In this document: positions 1-13,820 of the stretch, piece by piece
How the letters are laid out: each line of letters opens with the position of its first letter
How positions within the stretch are numbered: the stretch's first letter is position 1
Assembly (NCBI GenBank): GCA_051294375.1
Contig: CM119267.1
Location: 429,523-493,522 of the forward strand
Length of the DNA stretch: 64,000 bases
Origin: Paraspadella gotoi
Lineage: Eukaryota > Animalia > Chaetognatha
Direction: 5' to 3'
The notes under the pieces: model-generated
Databases searched by the model: none
Seen by the model: the letters and a program-made list of their open reading frames with translations, nothing else
Told to the model about the DNA's origin: nothing
Program-made: the position numbers and the translations under genes

Positions 1-76
1 ACAAAACTTTCCTCATATCCACCAAACTGTGGTGTTTCAAAGCGTCTCACCAGTGTTCTCCTTTTTTTCTTCTCAC

Positions 77-229
77 CCCTGCGTCCCGGGTTCAATCCCC
101 GAATATCCCGTTTCTCCTTCAAAATGTGACGGGACCGTTTGAAACTGACCAGTGACCAATGACAGGAGACGGTCGCAAAGGGTCCACGGCTTCGACGCCA
201 GCGAGAAGCCCGGCGCCCATGCGATCTCA
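77..229 (-). CDS. Probable isolated internal coding exon of an unidentified gene that continues out of the window
   Basis: GC-rich 153-nt segment bounded by ACAG acceptor and GTGAG donor on the minus strand. One frame is open (EIAWAPGFSLASKPWTLCDRLL...). No family recognised. Confidence 0.35.
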
Positions 230-835
230 CTGTTGTCATAAAACTTCCATTTTCATTTTGACCTCTGTTCCTTTTTTTGACCCATAAAACAGTCTCGATC
301 TGTTGTGATCACAAAATCCCCTCTTCCTTTCCCTACCGCCTGCCACTCTTATAGTTATACATTTTAAAAACCCTTATACATTTTAAAAACCCCAGGAAAA
401 ATCATTATTTTATAAAACTCTTTCTTCTGACATTAAGTTGATCAATTAATCCTTCCTTTTTGTTTTTGGCTTCAGTTCGAATAACACAAACTCACTCATT
501 CTAATTTTAACAAATAATTTTGGAAATTGGCATTGTACGATTGCTGATAATATTGTCATAGAGTTCTTTTTACAAATCCTGTTTTGTTCTGTTCTGTTTT
601 GTTCTGTTCTGTTCTGCTCTGTTCATTAGTCACTTACGACTTAGGTAGGTAACGCTCAATCTCGGGATTTCGCTCTATCGAGAAATCTAAAAAAATGTAG
701 TGAGATTGTAGTGATAAATTATGACAGATATCACTGATAAAACTACAACCATCTCACAAAAATTAAATTTGTCTTTGATAAATTCTGTCATATCAACATT
801 TTATCATTGTTAAATTCTGTCATTTTGACATCATT

Positions 836-1263
836 TCATGCAAAATGCAAAATGCCATCCGCGGACTTTTCTTGAAGCAGAATTCAAAATGACAAATGCC
901 ACCCGCTTCCTATTCTTGGAGCAGAACGCAAACTGGCAAATGCCATCCGCTGCCTTTCCATGGTGCAAAAAGTCAACTGGCAAATGCCATCCGCTGCCTT
1001 TTCTTGGAGCAGAAAGCAATCTGGAAAATGCCACCCACTGCCTTTTCTTGGAGCAGAATTCAAAAAGGCAAATGCCACCCGCTTCCTTTTCTTGGAGCAG
1101 AATTCAAGCTTGCAAATGCCATCTGCTGCCTTTTCATGGTGCAAAAAGCCAACTGGCAAATGCCATCTGCTGCCTTTTCTTGGAGCAGAAAGCAAACTGA
1201 AAAATGCCACCCGCTGCCTTTTCTTGAAGCAGAATGCAAAATGGCAAATACCACCCGCCGCCT
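836..1263. repeat. 44-bp tandem minisatellite, about 10 copies, with 4-unit (176 bp) higher-order structure
   Basis: Unit AAATGCCAYCCGCTGCCTTTTCTTGGAGCAGAA...; the variant CATGGTGCAAAAAG recurs at units 3 and 7. It explains the overlapping ORFs in several frames. Confidence 0.9.
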
Positions 1264-1346
1264 CAGAGAAAAGCGTTGAAGAGCAAAAGTTCAACGAGGA
1301 AGAAGTTGATCTGTATTCCAGACGGAAAGAGAATACACGCCTTCAG

Positions 1347-1351
1347 GAGAA

Positions 1352-1412
<61 letters not shown>

Positions 1413-1413
1413 A

Positions 1414-1462
<49 letters not shown>

Positions 1463-1853
1463 AGAGAGAGAGAGAGAGAGAAAGAGAGCCTTTGTCTTGT
1501 CTTTCTTCTCTTTTTTTCTTTCTTTCTTTCTTTTCTTTCTTTCTTTTTTCTTTTTTCTTTCTTTCTTTCTTTCTTCTTTCTTTCTTTTTCCCCCTTTTTT
1601 TCTTTCTGTCTGTCTCTCTCTCTCTGTCTGTCTCTCTCTTTCTTTATATCTATTTCTCTCTCTCTCTCTCTCTCTCTTTGATCAATCCAGGGTGGAACAA
1701 ATGCTGATTTACGTTGTATCGCCATCTGTTGCACCTGTGCTCTATGGCATCTGTCGCCGTTTGTGGGTTCCCACTCTCTTTAGCCCTCTCGATTTTCTTG
1801 TTCTCTCTCTCTTTTTCTCTCTATCTCTCTCTCTTTCTGTCTCTCTCTATCTC

Positions 1854-1905
<52 letters not shown>
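1347..1905. repeat. (GA)n / (CTTT)n / (CT)n microsatellite block
   Basis: Seen directly. Similar tracts occur at 2610-2668, 12267-13140 and 13885-13988. Confidence 0.95.
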
Positions 1906-1908
<3 letters not shown>

Positions 1909-2606
1909 CTTGAAACACTCTTTTTTTTGTCATGGTTTCTCTCGTTCTCAAAGTCACAAATTTTACGTCTCATTTCCTTTAACGCGTCGAAGGAAAAAAC
2001 TTGGAGGCAGAAAAAAATATATACATTATTTTAAATCTTCTTCTTTAATTGAAATTGAACTTAACCACAACCAAAAAAAATTTCAGAAGTCGTATCTGAG
2101 AGAGAATCTTTCCTGAAGATTCATCATTTTGAATATGTATTTTTTTTAAAAATAAAACATTAATTCATCGATTTCGATTTATCATTTATTGCTTTTTCCT
2201 GAATGATTTAGGAGAGGTACAGAAAATTTCGGATTGATTCTTATTATAGGTTAATGATGAGTGTACAATGGTTGGAATGAGACATTTTATCACATTTCTA
2301 TCACATTGTATCACTTTCAATGACATGCCTTTGGTCAATAGAGCGACTAGTCACTCTAGTGTCATTTTAATGCAGTTTATATCCGGAAATTCTTCCGAAC
2401 TCAGTTTTAATACGACCTTATTTTTAATTAAATTCTCTTTTAAACAAAAAGTTAAAAATCTTTTCCTTTTTTGGGGGGGCAATTTGTTTTGCTCAAGCGC
2501 AGATTTCTGACAGCTCGGAAAACCTGTGAATTAAAAAGAACATTTTTTATTGCGTGAAACCGAAAAATTCTTGGTTTTTAAAAAAAAAATGAAAAATCAC
2601 AAAATT

Positions 2607-2670
<64 letters not shown>

Positions 2671-3242
2671 AAAGACCGAAAACGACTTGAGATTGATTCA
2701 CTTTTTTATTCTCAAATTCAATTTGAAAATCGCTTCATTTTTCAAGAAGCAGAAATTCCTTCCATTTAAAACCGAAATTGAAATTAATTTTTTTTCAAGT
2801 TTTGAAAAATTAAGGAAATAATCGACCGAAGCAATAAATACTGATTCATATATCAAATGAGGCCGAATTAGTCGCTAATTAAAACTTCTCTAGTCTATAG
2901 TCGAGACTTAATCCAAATGAGTTTTATAATTTAGCAGATGATGTATGTAAAAAACGAAGTGGTTCACCAAGTGCTTGCTCGAACCAAGCTTGATTGTATA
3001 ATGTTTGTATTCGTTTATTATATTCTTCCGTTGATAGAATTTGATGTCTCTCTTTCTCTCCCTCTCTCTTCATTATTATTTGTTATAAATTCTTTTCATT
3101 TTAAATTCTGATTGACACTAATTGACTAAAAATGATATGAGAATACATACATATCGAAATATTTAGCTAAAAAAAAATGGTTTAGGTATTTTCACAGACG
3201 TCTTGATTATAAAACATATTTAACTATTAATTAAACAACATT

Positions 3243-3303
3243 TTAATAAACGTAAAACAAATCTCCATCTTGACAAACGATATTTTTGTCCCTTTTCCTC
3301 TCC

Positions 3304-3335
<32 letters not shown>

Positions 3336-5049
3336 TTCCTCCTCCGGCCGATCCTTCAGCCTCTTCCCTTTCGTCTCCGGCACCGCCAGCGTCAACGCCG
3401 CCGCGGCCGCCGCTGCCGTCGCCACGCCCACCGTCACGAACCGGAAGTCGTGGAGGCCGATGATGGCGGGAACGAGGCTGACGACGAGGCTGCCGACTCG
3501 ACTGCAGAGGGCGTTGAGACCCATTCCCGTCTCTCGGAGGATCGTAGGGTAGATCTCGACTGAGCGGAGATAGAGGATCGTGAAGGCGGCGGAGGAACCG
3601 AATTTGCCCGTCACCGCGAGGGCGGTTTGAAGGCGAGAAGAGACGGGCGGATCGGGCACGTCGAGGAACTGGAAGAAAATAGGGGGAGAGGTCGAAAGAT
3701 GTCTCTGAAAAGGTATCCCAACCAGAAGTAGAAGTCACGAGAATGCGGAAAAATAATATATTGACGTCAGGCGAGAAAATCATGAGGGTGAAAAAGGGGA
3801 GAAACTAGTAGGAGAAGAGAGAAAGGATGGAGGAGGATGAAGAGGAGGTGAATGAGGAGGGGGGTAAGAAACCCGCATCGGTCTATCTCCTTTTATACTG
3901 GATGTGTTGGTTGGAATCATTTATAATGTAAGTATATTAATGTAACAATTGACCAATGTAACAATTATTTAAATTGAATAATGTCATATATCGTCAGAAA
4001 CATCTCAATCCAAATCATAAAGAAGATCAACAACTGAAGAAATCTGAGGCGGAAATAGATTCTTGCCCTCTGATTGGCTGAGCCAGTGGCAAATGGCCCG
4101 TCTGATTGGCTGAGGTCTGAGGTGAAATTGGAGGTTGAATGTTTTAAAAAAGTAATTGAATTACTGAAAATAAAAAGTGATTGGCGGAGAATTCGGTAGA
4201 ATGGTAAAAAAAGTGAATTGTTGAAATGGTAAAAAAAGTAAGATAATTAGGTTAAATAATAAGTTCGTTGCTGTAAGCAGAAAAACTAAAGAAACAAGAA
4301 TGGAAATTCAAATGTGTGTTGCGCCGCAGTGACTTTCAGACAGACATACCGACCGACCGACCGACAAACCGACCGACCGACCGAAAAGTGACTCAAAGAG
4401 TTGCTCCGCGAGTACTCGCGGCTTAATTAAAAATTTGAGAATCCGAATTGTGATAAAAAAATTAAGTCATTTACCCAAGAGAAAGACAGGGGGCAGAGAA
4501 AGAGAATGAAGTGAGACCAACCACGGCAATCATCGACCTCTCAGACAAGCAAAGAACAAGGACAAACAACAGGTAAAGAACAAGGACAAACAACAGGCAA
4601 AGAACAAGGACAAACAACAGGCAAAGAACAAGGACAAACAACAGGCAAAGAACAAGGACAAACAACAGGCAAAGAACAAGGACGAACAACAGGCAAAGAA
4701 AAAGGACAAACAACAGGCAAAGAACAAGGACAAACAACAGGCAAAGAACAAGGACAAAAACGAGGACAAGGACAACTTCCATCCCTGACCTGCAGCGCCA
4801 CAACGGCAAAGAGCGCCGCGGCGAGGACGCCGAGTGACGCGCAGTGAGCAACGCGCCGACCCGAGACGCCCATGAGTGGAATGACGAGAAGACGAGATGG
4901 AATCTCGATGGAACCGAAAAGAAAATGTTTGAGGTAGAGAGAGACTCCGGGACCGAACTCGGCTGGGTTCTGGGCGAGTCCGTAGTAGCCTAAAAAGGTT
5001 GTGTTTGAATAATAATCATAGATATATATAACATAGAACGAGTGCGTGA

Positions 5050-5107
<58 letters not shown>

Positions 5108-5342
5108 TCTTCCATCCCTGTAAAACGCCATATACAACATAGAACAAGTGAGTGACATTTTCTATCTTTCTCTCTCTCTCTCTCTCTCACACCTAATCGC
5201 TGTTAACGCCCATATACAACATAGAACGAGTTGTGTGATATCTCGTCTACTCTTTCTCTCTCTCTCTCTCTCTCTCACTTATCGCTTTAAATGCCCATAT
5301 ACAAATAGAACGATGTGCCGGTTGACATCTCCTTCTATCTTG

Positions 5343-5382
<40 letters not shown>

Positions 5383-5823
5383 CTTCTTCTTTCTCTCTCT
5401 CTACCTATAAAAGCTGTAAAGCCCATGATACAACATAGAACGAGTGCAGTGGACTCTCTCTATTTCTCTCTCATCTCTCTCTCTCTCTCTCTCTCACCCT
5501 ATTCGCTGTAAACGCCGATATACACATAGAACGAGTGCGTTGAACATCTCTCTATCTTTTTTTTCTCTCTCTCTCTCTCTCTCTTCCTCTCTCTCACTTA
5601 TCGTGTAAACGCCCATATACAACATAGAACGAGTGCGTGACATCTCTCTATCTTTCTTTTTTAATTTACCATTTCCTCGTTTATTTATTTAATGAATTTG
5701 TAATTGTTGTTTTATATTTTTTACATACTTGTATGTACATAATATCCATGTACGGCTCTCTTACGATCCTGTGATTGTAAATGTGTTTTATTAACATTAT
5801 GAGCAGAATAAATAAAATAAAAT

Positions 5824-5871
<48 letters not shown>

Positions 5872-8800
5872 ATCGCTGTAAACGCCCATATACAACATAG
5901 AACGAGTGCGTGACATCTCGTTGTCGATCGACGAAAAAGATCAAGGAAGGAATATCGTCCAGCGTCGGCATCTGCGCTGCTGCCGTGGCTGCCGTCGGTA
6001 CTGCGAACGACGCTTGAGACAGAGACGACGCTTGAGACAGAGACGACCGCGCCGCCGTTCGATTCCGACTCGAGTCTCTCGTCCAGAATTCGCGGATGAG
6101 CGACGCCGTTGACCGACGCCGCTTTGAGCATCAGCGCCCGCGCTTCCGCCCAGCGACGCCGCGCCAGCAGCCATCTGGAGTAAGAGACTTTGTTTATTTT
6201 ACATTGTACATTATAAAATGTGCAATGTAGTATGGGTTATCGTAGAATTTATGAAGTAATAGTTTAATTCTCACGTATCAGATATGATTCTTTAATTAAA
6301 TTTACATTTTAGTTAAGAAAGATCTAAAGTCAATCAAGCAGTCACTTAGATTTGATGTTTTTTCCTCTCCTAACAAATGAACAACCAACTATAGGCAAAT
6401 TATAAGCGTTTTTCACGTAAGTGGGACAGACCGACCGACAGACCGACCGACCGACCGACCGACCGAAGAGTGACTTATATAGTTGCTCCGTGATTACTCG
6501 TGGCGCAATTAAAAATAGTTAAAAAAGGTTTTAAGTAAAATATTTTTAAAAAAACAAAAAGAGATTAAACGAACCTGGCGGATTCTGGAATCAACCAAAA
6601 ATAGGGAAGAAACAAAAAGGCAACGAGGGAAGTGATGAGTTGAAGAAAGCGCCATTGGCGGATGGCGAAAGCGAGGCCGGCGAGAGAGACGTAACCGAGA
6701 GAGAAGAAAAGGCCGGCCAGGATGTGCATTGTGGCGCGACGTGGAGTGTCAAACCATTCGATGCTGAGAACCACAGTTGTGGTCACCACTCCTGAGTGGG
6801 CGAAATGGTGGTCGGACGTGTACGGGGGAAAGATCCATGCCTCCCCCTGGGTAGGAGGATATGATTGCCTCCGAAGGTATATATTTTTAATCTTATCAAA
6901 GTTTATAATAAGTATTATAATAATAAAATAAGTATAATAAGGCTTTCTTACACGAAATCTTTTAAAGGTTATTTAAACATAATAATTAAACTTTTAACTT
7001 TTAATTACTTTCCTTATATAAATACATGATATCTGTTAAAGAAAATTAATTATTTAGTAGACTTCTTTTACTTTTAACCACCGCTTTCATTTCTTTTTTT
7101 TTTTCCTTACTATTTAATCCTTATTTTCTTATTTCGATTTAGGATATATCTAATTTTTTCATTCTTAATTTGACTTACTGATATAATATATAACCTTGTA
7201 AACTGCCTTATTTATACGTATTTTTTTAAACCTATTTTTACTCACCTTTTCTTATTGTTCCACATTGTTTCCCAAATTACAAGCCAAAGATACATTTGAG
7301 ATGACCTGTTCTTTGTTCTCCCACACCACAAATAACTCCTCCCTTGCGCTTGCACCTTCATTCGCATACTACTTCACTTCACTTTCACTTCGCATCACTT
7401 CACTTCACTTTTGCCGATCAAAATTCACTAACATGCACTTCACTTCAATCGTCCACTTCACTTCGCATTCACTGCAACTTCACTTTGCATCAACTTCTCC
7501 TTCACATCGCACATTCACTTCACTCGCATCACATCACTTTGCATCACTTGCCCACTTCACTCACTTCACTTGCGCAATCACATTCACATCAATTCACTTC
7601 GCATCACTTCACTTCAAATTCACTTTCATCACTTCATTTCCACATTCCTAATCACACTTTCGCATCCACTTCACTTAACTGTCACTATCGGCATCATACT
7701 TCACTTCTTCACTTCACTCACTTCGACATCACTTCACTTCAACACTTCACCTTCGCTTCTCACTTCACTTCAACTTCCATACCACTTCACTCACTTCGCC
7801 ATTCACTTCACTTCACTTCACTTCCACTTCACTCACTTCGCATCACTCACTTCACTTCACGTTCACTTCGCATACACTTCACTTCACTTCGCATTCACTT
7901 CACTTCTCACTTCACTCGCGCATCCCTTCACCTCACTTCACTTCGCTCACTTCACTATCGCTTCTCCACCCGCGGAGGTATTGCCAACCAATATGCACAC
8001 GCGCACGAAGCGGCATACCAATAGCCAGATTGCGCGACGCAAGCGAAGACGCCGGCGAAGAATTGCAGCGCCAGCGACGCCAAGAGAACGAGGCGGCGCC
8101 CGTGCTTGTCGGAGACGGCGCCGCCGACGACGGAGCCCAGGAGGACCCCGAACCAGAAGATGGAGGAGTCGAGCCGGTTGGGCTGAACCGAGGCTGCGGC
8201 CCAAGGGCAAGCCAGGTCAAAATCCGACATGTAGGAGGAGGACTAAAGATGGGGTAAAAGGGGAATTTGATAATTTCTTAGTAATTGAATTTAATAATCT
8301 AATAATGATGATTAAATAATTTAATAACTAATTTTAATAATTTAATTTAATAAAAAAGTAAAATATTTACTAAATGAACAAATTTAAAAAATACAAACAA
8401 ATGAACAAATAAAAGCATATAATTAAATAATTAAATGTAATTAAATGTAAATAAACCAATAAATCATTGGACAAGTAAAATAAATAGTAAATACAAATAA
8501 TTTAAAGATAAACATTATAATTATTAAACAAAAGAATTAATAAATAAACCCTTAAATCCCCTTAACCTTCAGCGAATCTCCTTCCCCGTAGACCCACGCC
8601 CGACAAGCCACGACCGACACGTTGGTCCCGTCGGGCACCCAATCTTTGTCGGGCGCCCAGTCCGTCCCTCCGTCGGGCACCCAGCGCCTCGTTCGCTCCG
8701 GCGTCGGCGCATAGACCCGACAATTGTCCGTCGATCCGTTTCCGGTGCCGGACGGAGGAGAGATGAGCCGGGCGACGGCGCCGAGAGAAAGGGGCGTGCC

Positions 8801-10460
8801 GGAAATTGAGAGGTTTGAGAACCAGGGGGGCGTGGCGCATCTGATGGGGGTATGAGGGGGGAAGAATTAAAAGATAGAAAAGAAATAGAGAAAGATAGAA
8901 AAGAAAGAAAAGGAAAAGAAAGGAAAGGAAAGAAAAAAAGAAAAAAGAAAGTAAACGGTAGGAAACGAAAGATGCGCGATTCGTAGATATGAAAATCGAG
9001 AGCGAATCAGACAAGCAGCCAGACAGACAGACAGACTGACACAGCGGGCGTCCAGTCTGAACATCGAGCGCGAGAATGAAAAGACGGATTCCAGCCGACG
9101 AGAATCATTTATCATTGATCCCGTTTTTTAACTCAATAAATTATATATATTATATATATTTTTTCGCCGTTGTTGTGAACAACAACAACGACAACAACTG
9201 TTGATGTGAAAGTCCTGTCATTTATAAATCCTGTTTTTTCATTTCATTTATCTTAAACGGGGGAAAAAGAATTTGTTTTTTCAAGAAGCGCGACATTTAT
9301 TTAGACATTTATTTCTTTTCTGCATCTAGTACTCTTTCAAAAAAAAAAAAATCAAAATTTAAAACTTTGAAATTTAAATTTGAATATAGCATACTACCGT
9401 TTAAATCTAGTAAAGATTATATTTCCATCTGAGCGTGCCCAATTTTAATGCATTAAAATCCCAGGAGCGATGACATTCGATTTTACAAACTAAACTGATG
9501 AAATACTTACTTAAACGCCGCCTTTTTTTCGGGGACTCGTATCCCTTTACTTGACAGATTAAAAACAAAGTTAAATAAAAAAAATAGTTGAAAACTAAAA
9601 AAAATTTCAGGCGCAACAAAAAAAAATATAGGCGCTGGCGAATTTGAAAGAAAACTTTTTTCCCGGAGTCTACTTCTTTGAAAAGCCAAACACTGGCGCG
9701 CGGGTAAATTCGAAAAGAACGTGTTTCCTGTAGATGAGAGAGAATAAAGCGGTATACAAAACTGGAGAAAATATGGAAGGATAAAGGAGAGAAAAGTGAA
9801 AAAAATTGCTACATTTTAGCAAAGCGCGATGTTATTTTTTATTTTTCTTAACATACGACAACAAAATGTGTAAATAACGTTACTCTTTCTTTTTTTTTTT
9901 CTACTTTAAGTTTTTCTTTTCATCTTTCTTTTTGTTTCTTTCTGTTTTTTTTTTTCTCTATGATTCTCTCTCTTTTTCTTTCTCTCTAATATTTTTGACT
10001 CCTTTATCTTCCGCCCTCTCATTGTCTAAGGTCTCCAATTTTATCTTAATCTTATATTAAGTTTAGTTAATTTTATCTCAAGTTTAGTTAATGTCATCTT
10101 AATTTCCCCCAGCTTTTCTCTTCGTCATATCTTCCCAACGACCTTTTTAATCGCCCGTTTTTCCTCCCGACTTTTCCGCTTCAGTCCTGAAGTATAGCCC
10201 TCTCCCTCTCTCTCTCCCTCTCCCTCTTTCCACCTGAACTGTTGATTCGGCGTCGGTCCGGCGGTGAAGACGGAGATAAAGACGCCCCAAGGCAGCAATA
10301 TCCTGGGCAGCGAAGTCAGGAAAAAGATTCTGAGTTGGAAACGACCGAAGCCTCCGATGTGAGGGAGAAAGTCATCCAGGGTGAGTGGGTGGTTGGGGTG
10401 GGGCTGGGGCGATGGAGGTGGAGTGGGCGTGGAAGCGGAGGAAGTCGAACGGAACGACAT
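3243..10460 (-). CDS. SLC22 / organic cation transporter-like MFS protein, about 7 exons (approx. 10460-10233, 8840-8566, 8229-7968, 6791-6574, 6175-5868, 4989-4789, 3668-3243)
   Basis: Family motifs: [84 protein letters not shown]. Apparent frameshifts in the exons near 8.6 kb and 8.0 kb. Confidence 0.88.
4290..4433. mobile_element. Non-autonomous Helentron/DINE-1-like (HINE-type) element, internally deleted copy
   Basis: AAACAAGAA...AATTCAAATGTGTGTTGCGCCGCAG start, (GACC)n microsatellite, palindrome CCGCGAGTACTCGCGG, then TAAAAA. Related copies at 6338-6515 and 52975-53262. Confidence 0.65.
4543..4775. repeat. 24-bp tandem repeat, about 9 copies, in a transporter intron
   Basis: Unit CAGGCAAAGAACAAGGACAAACAA. 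Confidence 0.92.
5025..5648. repeat. Tandem array of about 7 degenerate copies of a transporter exon 3' end, separated by (CT)n
   Basis: GTAAACGCCCATATACAACATAGAACGAGTGCGTGACATCTC matches the true exon end at 5878-5919. Confidence 0.85.
6338..6515. mobile_element. HINE-type element, second copy (3' part)
   Basis: Shares GCAGTC.CTTAGATTTGATGTTTTT with 53127 onward, and (GACC)n plus a degenerate terminal hairpin with 4290-4433. Confidence 0.6.
7355..7962. repeat. Degenerate (CACTT)n simple repeat in an intron
   Basis: Seen directly. It is the source of the His/Thr/Ser/Phe-rich spurious ORFs. Confidence 0.9.
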
Positions 10461-11735
10461 CTCGCGGTCGAATGAGGAAAAGAACGTCGTTCCCTTGTTT
10501 TGTTGTTTTTAGAGCGAATAAAAAACGAAGCAGAAGGCGAAGAAAGATTAAAAAAAAAAAGGTTTAATCTTAAAATTCTTTGTTTTGTTTTGTTTTGTTT
10601 TGTTCCTTTGTTTCTTTCCTTTCGCCACTTTTTTTTTAGATTTTGTTTTTCGGTTTTGAATTTGCGAAGTTAAAATTTAAATTTTGAAATTGAAACTAAA
10701 AATATAAAAAACTACGATTCTTCGATCGTCGTTTAAGGTAGAAGTCGATCCCTAAATAGCAGTAGGGTGGAACTCGATCCTGACGGAATAGGGTTGTACT
10801 CATAGGAAAGGATCGGACTCGATACCCAAATAAAAGAGTCGCTTGCAGATTTAATCCGCGCTCGATTTAATTTGCGGGTAGATACTACATAAACACTATT
10901 AGACAATAGAAAGCATTTTAAACTACATCTAACAGTATGTAAAAAAGATGAAACTTTTTTAAATTTTAAACCAAATAAAAATTGTCAAACAAAAATGCAA
11001 TCAATAACTAACTGGAGCATAGAAATAGTAGTTGGTTTTAAAAATGTAAGTAAACATTTAGTAATACTATTTACCCCCCAAAAAAATCAAATGAAAGAAA
11101 ATATGTAGTAATAACTATCTGCGCAGAACTAGTAAAATATAAAATTATTTTCTAAAATTTACTTAATTTAAACTGTAACGATTTGCGAATGGTTGTTGGT
11201 TAACCCCTTAAAAAAAATACTCTGCTTCTCAAAAATCGTCAGATTCAAGACTTGAATTCCGCGACTTAAAAATAAAAAAATAAAAATAAAAAAACACAAA
11301 ACAAATTTTGTGGAAGGAAAAAAAAACAGAACGAAAACAACTTTTTACATCCGGGTTTTTATCACCCGTCTTTTTTTTTCCTTTTTTTTTTTAAATCCCG
11401 GTCACGGATTTTTTTCTTATTTTTTTCGCCGAAATTTTCTTTTTTTTTAGGTGAAAGAGAATCGAAGCTGCGTTCACCGGATGACTTCGTTCACATCACA
11501 GCCCCGAGTGAGAAGAGAGAGTGAAAGAGCGGTGAACACTGAGCTGTGAAAAGGGAGGAGTGAAAAGTGAAGAGAGAAAAAAAGGTGAAGATTTCGAGTA
11601 AAAAATGAAGTTACCTCGAATTTCAAAAAGAGGCGCGACATCGAGGGCAGTGGCCTCGGTTGTTTGTGTAAAGATGAAAGATGATTTTGGATTTTTAACC
11701 TTTGGTTGATGGGGAGTAAGGGGGTTGAGGAAGAA

Positions 11736-11928
11736 TGTGGAACTGGGTTGTGGAAGAGGCTGTGGAACTGGGTTGTGGAAGAAGCTGTGGAACTGGGTTG
11801 TGGAAGAGGCTGTGGAACTGGGTTGTGGAAGAGGCTGTGGAACTGGGTTGTGGAAGAGTCTGTGGAACTGGGTTTTGGAAAAAGCTGAGGAACTGGGTTG
11901 TGGAAGAGGCTTTGGAACTAGGTTGTGG
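11736..11928. repeat. 25-bp tandem repeat, about 8 copies
   Basis: Unit TGTGGAACTGGGTTGTGGAAGAGGC. Confidence 0.92.
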
Positions 11929-12265
11929 ACAAAAAATGTTAACGTGAAGATTGAGGAAATGTTCCCCAAAAAAGTCTAAAAATAAAATGAGCTAATAAAG
12001 CTTTAAAAAAAAAATTGAACATCTTGAAACTGTTTTGGACATGATTTTCATCCTCGTAATCGTCGTCGTCATCATCATCATCATCATCATNNNNNNNNNN
12101 ATCATCATCATCATCATCATCATCATCATTGGCCATCACAACAAAAGTTTTTCCCTTTTTCGATGTCGGTTGAATTGGAATAAGAACAACTTCGGTTCTA
12201 ACGCCCCCTTTTTGTGATCCCCTTTCAAAATCACAAAAAAATTCGTGATCGATTACAAGAAAGAA

Positions 12266-12298
<33 letters not shown>

Positions 12299-12365
12299 AG
12301 ATGTGGCTTAGTCTTTAATAACAAGAAGCGCCCAGTCGAGAGGAACTTAATCCGCTTTCTAAATC

Positions 12366-12456
<91 letters not shown>

Positions 12457-12702
12457 TGAGAGAGAGAGAAGACGAATTGTTGACGCGTCATTCTCAGTAC
12501 AACTGTGATTCAATCTTGGATGAGTCACAACAAAGAAGATCACTTAAAATATCAGGAATTATTTCGCAGTGAAGAGGATTTTTTTTTTCGGTTCAAATTT
12601 TTATTTTTGTGGTTTATTACAATCGTAAAATGTAAAGTTCATGACTACTTACTTTCTTTCTTTCTTTCTTTTTCTTATTCACCAACCTCTTTCTCATTTT
12701 CA

Positions 12703-12773
<71 letters not shown>

Positions 12774-13027
12774 GTCATTTTCCATGATTTCCATAGAGTA
12801 AAAAATCTTTTTTTTCTTTTTTTCTCATTCAGTTTTTCCCATCTTCCAACCCTCTGACTGCCTTTCTCTCTTTTCTTTAACTCCTCTCTCTCTCTTTCTT
12901 CTCTCTCTCTTGTGTCTCTCTCTCTCTTCTCTCTCTTCTCTCCTCCTTTTCCCCCTCTTTCCTCTCTCTCCCTCTCTCTTCTCCCCTTTTCTCTCTACTT
13001 TTTCCCCCCTCTTTTCGCTCGCTCCCC

Positions 13028-13058
<31 letters not shown>

Positions 13059-13748
13059 TCTCTCTCTCTCTCTTCTCCTTTCTCTCTCTCTCTCTCTTTT
13101 TCCTCTCTCCCTTTCCCTGACTCTCTCCCTCTCCAACTCTCTCTGCTCCGAGGAGCTCGATCGTAAAAATGTATAAGGTCTCCGAATTCTCCATTTTGGA
13201 TGAGGAAAGATGAAATTTTTTGGTCCGCCTGCCAACGAGCATAAACCGACAGGCGCACCTGTTCGTTAATGCGAACATCTGTCGAGGAACAGTGTACGAC
13301 TGTACGTATAACTGTACGTTCATCTCTAAACAAACTTTACCACTCGTGATAGAGTAAGGCAACGGTTTAGGATTGTTTCAGAAAGAATCGTTACTAATGA
13401 CATTAGGGCGCAAAAGCTTATTGTTTGTTGTAGATATTAACTTAAATTGTCATATATAACCCAGAATCGACGGTCGGTAGACGACGCGGGTCTACAGCTC
13501 CTCTTCTCTCTCTTTTCCTCCTCCCTCCTCATCCTCCTCACGGGGATTCGGGGTCGCGTTCAAGTTTAGGTTCAGTCCATCTTCTCCTCTCTCTCAGACA
13601 CTGTCTCTCTCCCTTTTTTTGGACCTTTTATATTCATTTTCGATATAAGTATAGACCTCAGTTGTGAAATACATTTATTCACCCTCCATTTCCTCTCCGT
13701 TTTTGATAGACGTTAGACCCAGTTAGACCCAGAGTCCCTCAGCTAGAG

Positions 13749-13820
13749 TGGCGCCCAATGTGGGGCTCGAACCCACGACACCAGGATTAAGAGTCCTGTG
13801 CTCTACCGACTGTAACGGGC
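13749..13820 (-). tRNA. tRNA-Lys(CUU)-derived sequence, probably a processed pseudogene (encoded CCA, about 4 nt missing in the 5' stem/A-box)
   Basis: Minus strand GCCCGTTACAGTCGGTAGAGCA-CAGGA-CTCTTAA-TCCTG-GTGTC-GTGGGTTCGAGCCCCAC-ATTGGGCG-CCA. Anticodon and T arms are intact; the usual TAGCTCAG is reduced to TACAG. Confidence 0.8.

Noticed and set aside
83-102. GGTTCAATCCC B-box/T-loop-like motif (also GGTTCGATTCC at about 34150)
   Set aside because: No cloverleaf or A-box around either motif.
960-2034. Long RE/SL-rich ORFs (also at 12.2-14.1 kb and 7.3-8.0 kb)
   Set aside because: Translations of microsatellites.
7968-8840. Frameshifts in transporter exons as programmed frameshifting or editing
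   Set aside because: No slippery sites; the region is repeat-rich with other signs of consensus error.
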